A stretch of DNA of 56,299 bases from Octopus bimaculoides. Its lineage: Eukaryota. The position numbers and the translations under genes are program-made. Below the pieces are notes generated by a model. That model saw only the letters and a list, made by a program, of their open reading frames with translations, was not told the DNA's origin and did no database searches. Location: the NCBI RefSeq assembly GCF_001194135.2, contig NC_068981.1, positions 42,805,344-42,861,642 of the forward strand. Reading direction: 5' to 3'. This document shows positions 24,021 through 38,059 of the stretch, piece by piece (within the stretch, counting starts at the first letter, position 1; each line of letters starts with the position of its first letter).

Positions 24021-26364
24021 ACTGTTAAGCAAGGAAATAGATGAAGAAAATGCTAGTGTGTAGAGCACTTAGAAAACATGAAGAAAACATCTGTCATTCT
24101 TCTTGAGTATTGAGAATTAGAGAAAGACTACAAATAAAGCGTAAACGTATTGTGGAAGAAAGAAAGGAAAAATATGTGAAGAACGAATTTGGATATGACT
24201 AAGCAAATAGCTCATAAATGGCTCAGATGCTCTCAAAGTGTGATAGTATTTATTGTCTTATTATGTAGAGTAGGTTAAGCTTAATATAAGCATACTGTCA
24301 TGGATTTCATGTTAAAGATGTGCGGCTTTGCTTAGGGAAATTTGCCTGTTATGAATATGCTAGGTCGATCTACAGAAGAAAATTAGAATAGTGTAGTAGG
24401 TGTTTGAGGAGCAAGGAATATATCCTTTCTATTCCTTAGCCACTTAATGGTAATTTAGCAGAGAAATATCTATCTTTACGGAAGAGTTTAAAGAAAATAA
24501 TAAATGTTAAGCTGAATTCTTCTGTAGTTGAGAATATTTCTTTTATTGTCACCTTTCTTCTGAACTTTATCAATCAATGTTAGACAGAACTAATAGTGTG
24601 AAATTCCCATAGTATCAGAGTAGTCTATTATTATTAAGGCTGTATTTGATTGCTACAAAGAAAATAATATTATCTCTCACTGCTGCTGAGCTCAATGCAT
24701 TTTCTGATTTTGTCAGGTTAAGAACAGAGTAAAGGAGAGAACATAGAAATAAAAAGAAAATCCAATAGACTAAAGCATATACAATAAATATGGCATAACA
24801 CTCGGAAGGGGAGGAGAAAAAGAAATACGAAGAAAAATAAAAAGAAAGAGAATAAGATGAAAATAAAAGAAGAAAAGAGGAAAAGAAGTCAAATAAGCCG
24901 AAGAAGAAAGAAGATCGATGAATTAAATTAAACCAAACAGTAAAACCAGTGAGGAGGGAACAATAATGTACGAATGTCCACAAAAGCTATTGAATCAAAC
25001 TGGAGTTCCTGTCATTTACATGCCTGAAATTATAAGCAAATAAAAGGGGAAAATGGAACATTTGCAAAAGTCATCACAGTAGCAAAGTCAACACTGAGAC
25101 AATAAACAGAACTCTATTTGCCCTTACAGTGACGAAACATGCAATTTTAAAGCTACACTGATACCGGATTATTTGCCCAGCTTCAAGGAAAATTGCAAAG
25201 ATGAGGCAAATAATTAGAATTATGTTTCAGACTGCTACTCGAAGATATCTTGGCATGAGAAAGAGAAATAAAATGACATGAAAATAGCGACTTAAAATAA
25301 TTCGTTGACCCTTCATTTCTATTTCGTGTCTGTTTTATTATTTGATCCAATGACTGTTTAATACTTAGTTTCTTCATTATCCAATAGCTATTTTTTTTTT
25401 AGAATTGTCTTCTTCGATCATTTACTTTTTATTATTTTTATAAGATCTCGATAAATTTCTATTTTATGTAATCCTATAAAATCGTTATATAGCCATTTGG
25501 TGCTGGAAACGTTAGTTTAATGAGGTCGTGAATGAAAGAGAATCAGCATCAAGACAAGTAGATGTTGAAACGGTAACTGTTAAAAAATCTTTTTTTTTTA
25601 AGTAGCAATTCGTATACTTTAAGTATTTATTTATTTATTACGTTTAGAAACGCTTCGATATTAAGAAATCTTCTACAACGTCTAATACAAAAATGTAAAT
25701 AATGGAATTGGTAATTTCCTTTATATTAGACACAAGGGCAATATTATAAAAACGGAGACGCTACTATTGATTAAATCTACCCCAGTATCTTACAGGTATT
25801 TAGTTTATCAAAACCAGGTGGTTATATGTTAAATTCAATATTTAATAAGAATTAAAATCTCGACAATGCTAAATGCTCAATATGTTTTGTCTTGTGCTCT
25901 TCGATCTTGATCATTTTACTACACTTAACAGAAATCTGATAGTACTATAGAGTATGGATGAATAACTCTTCAAATTAAAATATTTATATTTGCAAAATGA
26001 GTACATTTTTGAAGTTAGCCATTCGGCTACAATGCGTTATTCAGATTAGATCTTTCTTCGATGTAACGGAGGAGTTACAACACATTAGCTGTGTCTTGTG
26101 TATCTTGTTATTATTGTCGTTCCGGTTGTTCTTGAAGTACCCCATACTACTTTTATTTGGGCAAATTTGTATTATTATGATAAGCAACTGAATGAAAGAT
26201 TCGTCTGTCATTATCTGCTTTGGTTATTGTGTCTTTATCATAGATGTGGCTCAGGGAGTACAATTGATGTTCCCAATTTCAATGATAGCAAAATCAGTTT
26301 TAAGATGGTAAGAAGAAAATAGCAAGAAGATGAATGAATGAATGGAGGAAGACAGGATAAAAGC

Positions 26365-26420
26365 ATGATGATGATGATAATGATGATGATTGTAGTGGTG
26401 ATGATGATGATGATGGTGTA
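26365..26420. repeat. (GAT)n-rich tract
   Basis: Read directly. Confidence 0.9.
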
Positions 26421-26864
26421 TCAAAGACAATAATATAACAAAGAAATACAACTATGGACAGAAAAGAGAACGAATACATTAGAAGAGAAAAAATAGGAGA
26501 GAATTTGGATAGAAGAAACTCATCTCTCATGTGGCAAAATTTCATCTAACCTTTTTATAAAGGTAGTTTCTAACAGAAACAGCAATATGAACAGAAACGT
26601 CAATTTCATAAATTATTGAAAATTGCCAAACATCTAAAGGACCAGAATATTTAGAAACAAAGGTTGTAAAAATTATTGAGAATATATAAATTTATAGCAT
26701 TAACAAATATATAGGTTAATATAGATATAAAATGAAAATAAAGCAAGACCTCATTTAAAGGTATAAAAACTTACAACTGTGGATGAGATCTCGATACTTC
26801 GAGATTGAAAGATATCTAAGCTGAGAACTGAAATAAAATAATGGATGAAATATATAAAAACATA

Positions 26865-26981
26865 TGCTTACCAACTACATGGTTCCGGGTTCAGTCCCAC
26901 TGCGTGGCATCTTGGGCAAGTGTCTTCTACTATAACCTCGGGCCGTTGCATTTGGTAGACGGAAACTGAAAGAAGCCCGTC

Positions 26982-27029
<48 letters not shown>

Positions 27030-27212
27030 TTGTCCCCCTAGCATTGCTTGACAACCGATGCCGGTGTGTTTATATCCCCATCACTTAGCGGTTCGGCAAA
27101 GTGACCGATAGAATAAGTACTAGACTTACGAAGACTAAGTCCCGGGGTCGATCTGCTCGACTAAATGCGGTGCTCCAGGATGACCGCAGTCAAATAACTG
27201 AAACAAGTAAAA
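26865..27212 (+). mobile_element. SINE with internal (TA)n, 5'-truncated head
   Basis: GGTTCCGGGTTCAGTCCCACTGCGTGGC, CTTGGGCAAGTGTC, internal (TA)n at ~26983-27018, 3' GCGGTGCTCCAGGATGACCGCAGTC...GTAAAAGAGTAAAA. Confidence 0.9.
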
Positions 27213-27741
27213 GAGTAAAATAGACAAAATGAAATAAAACAGTAGAATCAAGCAAAATATAATGTGCGCTGGAAAGGGAAGAAAGCGATTATGAAGTTGA
27301 ACTGGATTGAAGGCAGAATAGTAGACCCCACTATTAATGAAGCTCTGGGTGATAATAACGGCGAGGACAAGGAAAACGATCATGGCGATAATCATAACGA
27401 TAATCATATCGGTGATACCCGTTTATAATATCAACAATGCAATATAGTTAAGTCTAGCTTTTGTAGATTCAGCTAGTGTCAGTATTGTAGTAATTTTTGA
27501 GTAGGTATCTCAAATGTTGGCCGATATATGAGACGAGTAAAACGATAGATACTAACTTTGAACATACAACGTGAATGATAAATTAAGCACTGAATCTCAG
27601 CAATTCTTTGATGACATTGCTGACATTTAATTTATTTTCTGTATTTGACCAGCTATGTATTATCATTCCAAACTAGGAATTGGTTTATTTTTGAAAGATA
27701 AAAATATTTTTTCTGTATTAAAGATATGAGTTGACTGCTTC

Positions 27742-27742
<1 letters not shown>

Positions 27743-27826
<84 letters not shown>

Positions 27827-28190
27827 NNNNNNNNNNNNNNNNNNNNNNNNNNNNNNNNNNNNNNNNNNNNNNNNNNNNNNNNNNNNNNNNNNNNNNNNNN
27901 NNNNNNNNNNNNNNNNNNNNNNNNNNNNNNNNNNNNNNNNNNNNNNNNNNNNNNNNNNNNNNNNNNNNNNNNNNNNNNNNNNNNNNNNNNNNNNNNNNNN
28001 NNNNNNNNNNNNNNNNNNNNNNNNNNNNNNNNNNNNNNNNNNNNNNNNTACGTATATACACATATACATACATATATCTATTCATATATATATGTACATA
28101 TACATATATATATGTATATATATGTATGTATATATATATGTGTGTGTGTATAATTATGTTTGCCTGCGTGTGTGTGTATGCATATGTATA
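27743..28190. repeat. (TATC)n(TA)n field with assembly gap 27827-28048
   Basis: Read directly. Confidence 0.9.
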
Positions 28191-29199
28191 ATTTTTTTCT
28201 TCTCTCTAAGTTAACTACTACTGACATTTACATGTCTAACTCTGGTTCCAGTGGTTCTCTTCAAACTTGACCTGTCAAAAATCCTCTTGCCACATCATAA
28301 ATGTTTTAGTTAGTTTCTCAGATAAAGTAATATGTCTGTATTTAATACAAGATTTAGTTAGAAATTTGCTATTTGAGTGTATTTTCTTTCTCAGCAATAA
28401 AAATATAAAACTTTGTCACAAAATATTAGTGAAGATACTTTGGTAATAAGATCCACATTTAGTTAAGAATCTGCCCACCTATTAATACGTTCGTGCGACA
28501 ATGGAAAGTCATCAAATACTACGAAACAATAATGGTGGAACATGAATGGTGTGAAAATACGGAAAAATCATATGCCACTATATAATAAAGTTTACATTGT
28601 AGCCAAAGAACTACATCAGATAGTCAAATCAATAAAGCCTGTTTTGCATTCAGCACAATATGGCCGCCAGAAAGGGAAAAGGAGTTCAAATATCTCATAA
28701 TTTTAAATAAATGTGCATTACTTGTCCATGGTATAGAGGATAAGAGTGTAATAAAATTTTGTGAGTTCATCGCCATATTCCCGTGTGCATTGCCATGACA
28801 CCTGATGACCAGTGGAGACTAAATCGTTAAACTAAAAGACAGGAAAATATCAGATGAATACATTGAAATATTTTTCTATCCATAATACTTAACACATTCT
28901 GAAAACAATTGTTGCTGTTATTAATAAACCTTAGATCATCGCTAATCAAACAGAACAATGATCAAAAGTATTTTAACGTGACTATTCTGTCTTTTTGTCG
29001 TATACAACCATTTCTTGTTTGATTTGAAGTAGATTATGATCATTCTTTTTTTCTTTCCTCCAATTCTGTCTTTATCCTATTTCGCTTTTGCCATGTTAAG
29101 GTTATCGGTCAGCTTTTATCTTCTTAGATAACTAACCGAATTTATATATTCTTAAATAACTAACCCTTAAAGCAACTATTTATATCAAGAAACCAATCT

Positions 29200-31130
29200 T
29201 CTAACCTTCCCTCTACCTACAGAAAAATATACCTAAACCTCACAGAGTCGTTTGAATCACCAATTATCTCACATTCGCAACGTCACCAAGATTTATTCCC
29301 TTTTTCAAAGCCAGAAAGTGCACCTGCTCTCACCAGTGGCTCACTGTAAACGGAAGTAAGCGTTTATGCCCGGCCTTGTTTCTAAACATTCACCTTTCCA
29401 CCCAGTTCACAATATACGAAGTTTCTGACTCCACAAAACACAACCGAAGCCACATGCGAGATGGTGCTGTTGCTACGCATACAATAATCTAAAAAGAAGA
29501 GCCACTTGACTAACTGACCAATTCACTTTAACCACTAAACCCATAGCGTTTTCTACTGTCAATGCAAATTCCTCAGACTTCGACCCACAATCATCTCTAT
29601 ACCAACTAAAGTTCTTGAATGATCACTTGAGCTGCTGGAAATAGCAGCCAAGCCTTCATGCAATGATAACCAATTACTAAGGAGAAAAAAAAACATTAAT
29701 GAATATCATCGTATATACACTATATCTAAAATATGGAAGATAGTCATAGTCGGAACACCTTCAATCGATTAGAGATAAGCTAAGCTAATCAATAAAGGTA
29801 ACTTTATCAACTAGTGCATAATCTATTACCTTTCTTCCTTCCTATCTGGTGGCTTGATGATCACAGCACTCCGAAAAACCTCTCGTACTCCCTGACTGTC
29901 AGCAACCAGGAATTAGAGTATTGTTGGCGAGAACAAACAAAATGCAGTTTCCTCCTCCCGAATCCCACTTCTATAACAAATGAAATACTGAATACAAATT
30001 ACCAATCTATAGTCAAAAAAATCTCAAAATGAATTTCAATAAATCTTTCAATTCGGATCAGCCAGGACCTCATCCTCTGATATCTATTAATATCCCTTCT
30101 ATTCTTCTCTTATACTTGACTCTTTTCTGCACTCATTGCTATACTCTGCATACTAGTTATGCTCCGAAATGCGATGTCGTACCTATGAAGGAAGCTTATC
30201 ACATCAATCACTAGTTTCTTTCGCTTTCTACCTACTTTGGGTTGATATCTAACTTGCTTATTTCCTCTAAGTGCATCCTCAGTTTGCTACTAGGACCTAA
30301 CTTACTCCAAAGATCAGCAACCATGAGAAACATTTTACATTTTGCATCGAATTATTTTATTTCATCTGTCCCTATTTGAACTTATTATCGATGTATCTCC
30401 AATATACACAGTTATTCCTGTCTCTTTCACCCTTCTCATACTGATGTTACTAGTGTAGAAATCGACTCCTTTGCCATTCTAAACAGTCTACAACAGTTAG
30501 TATTCACGTCTATCTGTTGAATAATCATGCACCTTGTAGCGTATTGATAATTCTATAAATAAGAAAAAAAAAAGACTTAAAACATTTCCTGGCTGTAAGT
30601 CAAAAGTCCAGTTTGAAGTGGAAGGCTGGTTGAGATCTGAAATTTTTAAAACGCGTGAAATTTCTGGTTCTTTGTTTAATTTGCTAAATAATCGGAGATT
30701 TAGCATATTTACGCTGATTACCACTTACAGCAAATGCGTTTCTCATCTAATCATCTAAGTCAGCTAGTTTGGTGACTAAAGCAAGCCTCTTAGACACTCT
30801 CCCTTCCATTACCCACACAACTAAAATCATAAGCGAATATCCTTCAGATATTTCATCCTCACTTGCTCTATAGCAATATAACGAAAGATCTGTTCACAAT
30901 ACTTTGAGAGAGTCATCAACCCACATTTGAGGGATTTTTTCTCAACGTCGAAATATCTGCAACACAGCCATAAAAAAGTAGTCTGCAAGCTCTCCCCACT
31001 TCGAAATTCTAACAAAATTTTCTGGACATTTGCGAAGAGTATCGGCATATTTCATACTATCCACATTGATCATCCAAGATTAACCTGTAGGCAGGAAGTC
31101 TACAGAAGAAAACCTTTATAATGGCTCACT
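29200..31130 (+). mobile_element. Decayed CR1/Jockey-group LINE fragments (APE endonuclease and linker remnants)
   Basis: DVTSVEIDSFAILNSLQQLV at ~30445-30505 and KLSPLRNSNKIFWTFAKSI (ORF 30927..31121) resemble CR1-type EN-end and linker motifs; heavily interrupted. Confidence 0.45.
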
Positions 31131-31652
31131 GTTTTACTAAAGTTTTTATTAGGTTTTTGCTTACGTTTTTCAACTTGGAAAGCAATTTCAATCAATTAAT
31201 AATTAAATTCATAGAGCAAATGTGTATTTGTATGCATCAACCTTTAAATTATTTACCTTCTATAAACATATGTTTTCCTATATTTTTATTCACAAAATAC
31301 AGAATAGAACATTCAGGTAACTGAAAAATTACGCTGGTGCACATAAATTTATAATAGTTTAACCTAAAATAACTTCTGTGATTATCTGCACGTAAATAAT
31401 CAATGAAATTTTGAGTTGTATGAGTTTAAACACATTCCGGCCAAAGTTGAATCATATTTTTTTCAAACTTTATTTTAATCCATTTGAAAATGAGAATTTT
31501 GAGAAAAGAAAATAAGTGTAAAGCCTTAGGAAGCATCTATTAATGGCATGCATTTTATCACTTTACAAACATTTGAAACTCTAATATATTTTTAAGGTTA
31601 CAATTTGAGAAAAATATGTACATAGTATTTTTGTTTTAATATATGCTTTGTT

Positions 31653-31866
31653 AAGGCGGCGAGCTGGCAGAAACATTAGCACGCCGGTGAAATGCTTAAC
31701 GGTATATTATCTGTCTTTACGTTCTGAGTTCAAATTCAACTGAGGTCGATTTTGCCTATCATTCTTTCGGGGTCGATAAATTAAATACCAGTTGCGTATT
31801 AGGGTCGATCTAATCGACTGGCTTCTCAGCAGAATTTCGGGCCTTGTGCTTGGAGTAGAAAAGAAT
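31653..31866 (+). mobile_element. tRNA-derived SINE (AAGGCGGCGAGCTGGCAGAA family)
   Basis: B box GAGTTCAAATTC; TTTCGGGGTCGATAAATTAAATACCAG core; matches the minus-strand copies at 33333 and 43348. Confidence 0.9.
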
Positions 31867-32429
31867 ATATATTTCGTTGATGTTTAAGTTACTTGGAATT
31901 ATTGTAAGGTTAGAATTTTTCGTAAGATACTTTATTGTTATTTTAGATAAGTTTTAGAGTAATACGTTTCAGAGGAACATCATTAGATCGCTTAAAATGA
32001 AGAGCTGGGACAAAAGAATGTTATTATCATTTTATCTATTTGTTTTTCTATTTATTACCTGTCTTGCTACTTTCAAATCTTTTAGTGGCTTATGACAGTA
32101 AATTTCTTTCCGTTAGCAATTGGAAAATAAAATCCCTTGCCATATTGTAGTTCAGTTATAGACTGAAATAAATGTTAATATGTACGCACTGGCACATACA
32201 TGCATATGTATGTATGTGTATTTGTATGTATAATATGAAATATAAAAATTCACACAACGGTTTCATGGCATTGTCGAGGCCATTAGTAAAGAGTCAAGCC
32301 TAGATGGAAGAAGGAAAAGATGATGTTAATATCAATGAATGAAGTCATATAAACTTTTCAAACTCTCAAAGGGTAATAGAAAACTGAAACTAATTCTAGT
32401 TTTCAGTAATACCCAAATGGCTTGCTTGG

Positions 32430-33940
32430 TTTTAGCATTGATAATGATATGTATATTGTAATACAAGAACAAATGTCAAAAAGACACTTTGTCTGCATAG
32501 CCCTTCTGTCAATTACAAACAAAATTCTCGCAGCAGACATTCTTAACAGAATTATTTTTCTATTTGTTAACACTATCCTTTCGGAATTACAATGCTTTTT
32601 CTGTGATGTACAATGTTGCATTGATACATTCTCTGTACTAAGAGAATTACAGAAAATATTTGTGCGCAAACCCAAAACATTTAAATTTTATTTGTTGACC
32701 TGGCGAAGAACATATTCTGAGCAAGTTATAATGGAGAAATGGGTATTTCAACAAAAACATGGTATTCTAAAGCTGATGATCAAACGTGTCATTCTGAAGT
32801 CAAAGATGACCTATGTCCAAGAGGACAAACCATAATCTATACGGTTTAGCATGAACGGTGACACGAAGTAGTATTGGTGCAATTTACCTCCTTATTGTAT
32901 TTTCCGGGTTACTTTCGAATATTCCTCTCTTCTATTAATCACAAACTAGTGCTTAGTGTCTCTTCAATATCTATGATTCAATTCTGGTATAAAATTAAAG
33001 TGTGCAATAGTCAGGGAATAGCACTTTGCTAATAATACTTCTTTAAAAGTATACTCGATAGTGGTATGAAGTGTATAACACACTAGGAAATAAATACTCA
33101 TTGAAATTTTGAAAAAGTAAATTAATTGTGATATTCTCTCGTAAATAAACACTCTATCTACAGTTCTTCCTGTTTAATTCACTCAAGATTAAAATCTCAA
33201 GAACATAATTTCTACCTCAACAGCATGTCTCCATTTATGATAAGAATCCACCAAGTACTAGAAAATAAGCAAATATTTGAAGATATTAGTCGTTGTTTTT
33301 GAAATTTCAGCGTCATCTTGCTGGCAAATATTCTCTTCTATTCTAGGCACAAGGCCCAAAATTATGGGGGAGGGGGCCAGTCGATTAGATCGACCCCAGT
33401 ACGCAACTGGTACTTAATTTATCGACCCCGAAAGGATGAAAGGCAAAGTCGACCTCGGCGGAATTTGAACTCAGAACGTAAAGACGGACGAGATGCCGCT
33501 AAGTATTTCGCCCGGCGTTCTAACTTTTCTGCCTGCTCGCCGCTCTCTTGCTGGCAAATATTATTAAGAACCAAGCAGAGATCCCGCAAATATCCCCCCA
33601 TAATATTTTTATGGATGTCTGGTTCAGGAAACACGTAGGAATGCTAGGTATTTTCAAGGTAGATGATGGAGGATTTGATATCAGATACTGAGGTGTCCAG
33701 AGAGTTAAAATGCTGTACTTGCAAATATTTTAAATACAAAATCAGCCTTTGTTGGTTTTCCAAATGCCCCAAAGAAAACATCTGTTGCAAGATCTTTATT
33801 CAATGCAAGATGAACAAACAGTACAATGTGAGAAATACTACACAGAAATTCATACAATATATGCGCCATTCGGAACAAACATTTGATGACCAAAGTAGTA
33901 TAAATCCGAAACAGGCTGTGCAAAAATCGTATACACGAGG
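32430..33940 (+). mobile_element. Old RTE LINE RT remnant, interrupted by a SINE
   Basis: CIALLSITNKILAADILNRI...ILSELQCFF...IDTFSVLRELQK (ORF 32422..32835) matches RTE RT motifs 1-2; DDGGFDIRY and YAPFG at 33660-33880 weakly continue it. Confidence 0.55.
33333..33545 (-). mobile_element. tRNA-derived SINE, full length
   Basis: Same family as 31653; perfect 17-bp TSD TCTTGCTGGCAAATATT at 33316-33332 and 33546-33562. Confidence 0.95.
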
Positions 33941-34779
33941 TCCCGAAATTCAGAGAAATTACTTGCAGTATGTAGCTTTGATTAATACCCGTTTTTTAAA
34001 TTATTATTATTGTTCTTAGCTATTCTGTTTTTATTATAGGATGTGGTTTTCTAAAATATGATGCGAATATGCTGCTCGCCCCTAATGGTGCTAAGTTATT
34101 GGAAAGCTGTGGATGCTAGTTTTTCTGCTACATAAGGAGTAGAAATCCTTTCATAGAAGCTTTTTTGCGGATGTACGTTAACTTTTAAAATTTATTTTAT
34201 GATTAGGTGATAAAGGGTATTATGATACATTTCTCCGTTAAATCACCTTATAATAAATAATGAGGAAGTGCTTGAACTTATTCAATATATTTTGTGAAAA
34301 GGCAAAGTTCATGTTGCTGGATCCTCTTTAACTTTCCGCTTTGTAGAGTTTTTAAGATCTGTACCAGTTAATTACTGGGGTCAAATCAAACACATACATT
34401 CTCGTCTTGTGAAAATTAAAGAAACAAAATACACGATATAAGAAATATTTTAGTAATATAGTATTCAAATATAAGTGATTAAGAGACAAGTGAAGAAGAA
34501 AACAAGCTTAATTTTATGCACCTTTTACCATTTTTATTCTATCTTCTCTTCCTGTTCTATCAACGTTACTAGTCTCAGAATTTCCTCATTGCTTTTTTCT
34601 TTTCTATCTAAATCATTTTTTACCAATTGTTTGTGTTACGGCACACACTGTCTCACACTTTTCCTCTACTCGTATTTAATTTCAATAATAATTCAATGGC
34701 AATTTTCTCATCCATTGAACAGATTAGCGCTGGATTATTATTGAACAATTATTCAACTTATAATATCTACCATATCATA

Positions 34780-35215
34780 CGTTTTTTGCTTATCATTATC
34801 GTTATTACTGATGTCACCCTCTTTGTTGCCATTACAGCTGTCATCGTCGTCAGCACTCTTAAACTGTTGCCGTTGGCGCTATCATTGCTGCGTTCCTTCT
34901 CTATTTTCCGCCTCCTCCACTTCTCATCACCATCTCTGTTAACATCACCACTTTCACCACTGCTACCGTCCCCGCCACCACCACCACCAGCAACACAACC
35001 AACATTATCATTATTGTTACGAAATCAATGTTAATAATTAAATATTCTTTACAATTTTGTCTTACTAATTTATTCTTTTGTTCATCAGAATCACATTCAT
35101 CGCGATCATCATTAACATCACTATTATCATGACAGTCCTGTTCATCCTCCTCACCATCATCCTTGTCAATATTGTTGTTGTATCAGCATCATTAGTGCAG
35201 TTACTGCGTCTGTGA
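34780..35215. repeat. Degenerate trinucleotide low-complexity tract (ATC/CAC/TTG)
   Basis: Read directly. Confidence 0.75.
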
Positions 35216-36227
35216 CTGTCAGTGGCTGCGAGCTACAAGGTTATCGCATATCTGATTATGCTATATCTCACCTCGCCCCAATCTGCCTGTTCAAATATAC
35301 ATTCTTCTCTTTCATGAAATCTTCCGCTCATATTTTCTTCGTTTTCCCTTTCTATTTAATGTATTTGCTGAAACTTGTTGCTGTTATTCTCCTTGTTGCT
35401 GCAATTAATCTTTATTTTCTCACTCGAAATTCCATTACTAGATTTTCACCTGAAGCTCTTTTATTGACCGTATTGAAATATATTCAGTTGATAATATTAA
35501 TGGAACACGTCTTTTATATTCGTAGGACAGTCCTGAAATGTGTTCAAATTAAATCAAAAATAAGAATTGACTCATTAATTTAAATATTAAAGCAGTTCCA
35601 ATTTGTCTTCTGATTATTTATTTTCCGTTTTTAGAATTTTGTTCTTGACCTTGAAATATGTTGAAGCTGTCATTTTAACATGGCTGCATCATATCATTTG
35701 ATTTTCTTGTACCACACTAGAATTTACAGGATGATAAAACTATTACAAAATCATTCTCACATACATAAATGCATACACACTTACAGAGATATCCACTTAT
35801 GCGTGAGTATATGTGCGTGTGTTTACGTGTGTGAGCATCTATGTCCATTATTTGAATGCGTAAATATGAATGTTAATGAATAATTATATTTTTTAATATT
35901 AAATCTATACCATATTTTCCTGTCACCGCTTTGGTGTACAATTGAATGTACCTGAATTTTCATGCATCGGGATACTGCATGACACAATATTGTAAATTTC
36001 ATGTTGAAGTCACTAAATATAAAAACAAGTATACCAAACATGATACGGAATCCTACAAATGTGTTCTGAGCAATGCAGTATTTTCATAACATATAATAAA
36101 GGCTCATGCACACGTCACACATACATCACAAACACGTAACACACACACACGCACACACACACACACATACATACACACACAAACACACACACACAAGCAC
36201 ACACACACACAGATATGATATTGCGCC

Positions 36228-37050
36228 NNNNNNNNNNNNNNNNNNNNNNNNNNNNNNNNNNNNNNNNNNNNNNNNNNNNNNNNNNNNNNNNNNNNNNNNN
36301 NNNNNNNNNNNNNNNNNNNNNNNNNNNNNNNNNNNNNNNNNNNNNNNNNNNNNNNNNNNNNNNNNNNNNNNNNNNNNNNNNNNNNNNNNNNNNNNNNNNN
36401 NNNNNNNNNNNNNNNNNNNNNNNNNNNNNNNNNNNNNNNNNNNNNNNNNNNNNNNNNNNNNNNNNNNNNNNNNNNNNNNNNNNNNNNNNNNNNNNNNNNN
36501 NNNNNNNNNNNNNNNNNNNNNNNNNNNNNNNNNNNNNNNNNNNNNNNNNNNNNNNNNNNNNNNNNNNNNNNNNNNNNNNNNNNNNNNNNNNNNNNNNNNN
36601 NNNNNNNNNNNNNNNNNNNNNNNNNNNNNNNNNNNNNNNNNNNNNNNNNNNNNNNNNNNNNNNNNNNNNNNNNNNNNNNNNNNNNNNNNNNNNNNNNNNN
36701 NNNNNNNNNNNNNNNNNNNNNNNNNNNNNNNNNNNNNNNNNNNNNNNNNNNNNNNNNNNNNNNNNNNNNNNNNNNNNNNNNNNNNNNNNNNNNNNNNNNN
36801 NNNNNNNNNNNNNNNNNNNNNNNNNNNNNNNNNNNNNNNNNNNNNNNNNNNNNNNNNNNNNNNNNNNNNNNNNNNNNNNNNNNNNNNNNNNNNNNNNNNN
36901 NNNNNNNNNNNNNNNNNNNNNNNNNNNNNNNNNNNNNNNNNNNNNNNNNNNNNNNNNNNNNNNNNNNNNNNNNNNNNNNNNNNNNNNNNNNNNNNNNNNN
37001 NNNNNNNNNNNNNNNNNNNNNNNNNNNNNNNNNNNNNNNNNNNNNNNNNN
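36228..37050. other. Assembly gap flanked by (CA)n and (TA)n
   Basis: N run. Confidence 1.
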
Positions 37051-37149
37051 ATATATATATATATATATATATAGGTATGTATGTATGTATGTATGTATTT
37101 GTGGTAATTGCTCTATCTTTACAAATGATTGCTGTCTCTCTTGAGCTTC

Positions 37150-37690
37150 GCTGTTGTCAACGGCATTTCTGACCTTCCCTCTCTCTATGACCTCTCAGAT
37201 GACTATTCAGTCCCGCTGCAAATCTACATAGTTTGAAGTATTGGTGACAGGCAAAAGCTGCAAGTCTCTCTGGATTGATCGGATCACTTTGTGAAATGCG
37301 ATCTCTGTTAAGCGCCGTATGTCTCTTCTGATCTGAAATTGACTTGTGAGCCCTTTTTCAGACTACAAACCTCGAACTGCACAGTCGTTAATCTTTCTTG
37401 GGACCTCAGAAGGGTGATATATCCAACATTAGAAAGGGTTACACACCTCCTGCACTTTATGTTCTCATTGAGATTATGAGGACAGTCCCTCCGAGGCCAG
37501 GTGCTTTAGGCTTTCGTACTCAGGTCGAAACTTTCCAAAAGTTTTACAGTCAACCCTAATACGCTTCCTCCATTCAGTTCCTTCCAAAGTTAGGTCTTCC
37601 CGGTTCTTTACATTGTTTTGCCGCCCTGGATAGGGGACTCTTGTTCTTGCGCTCCAGGTTTTTGGGGTCTATGAAAGCCCTTCTTAACCA
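37150..37690 (-). mobile_element. RTE (BovB-like) 3' end remnant
   Basis: GTEWRKRIRVDCKTF and LCRFAAGLNSHLRGH resemble the RTE C-terminal DR..WR and C..AGL.SH motifs. Confidence 0.65.
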
Positions 37691-37824
37691 CCATTATGTT
37701 CTATTCTACTCTGACCCGGAGTAGTAGCACCTGTCAGGGTCCCAGCCATAGGCTAACCAGCATATGTTATGACATACATACACACATGCATACATACATA
37801 CATACATACATACATAGTGATTTG

Positions 37825-38055
37825 AGATAGAGAAGAGAAACTGTTTGCAGTTACGAGAATCAGCTGCCCAGCAGATGTTAACATAAACCTAAAGATCAGC
37901 ATTAAAGAAAGCACCTATGCTGAACTATTGAAGAATCTACAGCTACTCTATCCAGATTACAAGTTCAGGCTTATACCTGTAATTATTGAGGCACTGGGAT
38001 ATGTAACACACTGGCTAAATACTAATCTTGAAAAATTAGGCTTCTCAAAATCAGA
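37825..38055 (+). mobile_element. R4/Dong-like RLE fragment
   Basis: ISCPADVNINLKISIKESTYAELLKNLQLLYPDYKFRLIPVIIEALGYV. Confidence 0.8.
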
Positions 38056-38059
38056 AAGG

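Noticed and set aside
28657-28668. AATATGGCCGCC YY1-like motif
   Set aside because: Single motif with no CpG island or other promoter context.
33663-34019. 118-aa Cys-rich ORF as a host gene
   Set aside because: Another frame shows RTE-like remnants continuing the element at 32430; no domain recognised.
36106-37144. 322-aa and 309-aa ORFs
   Set aside because: Almost entirely the N gap.
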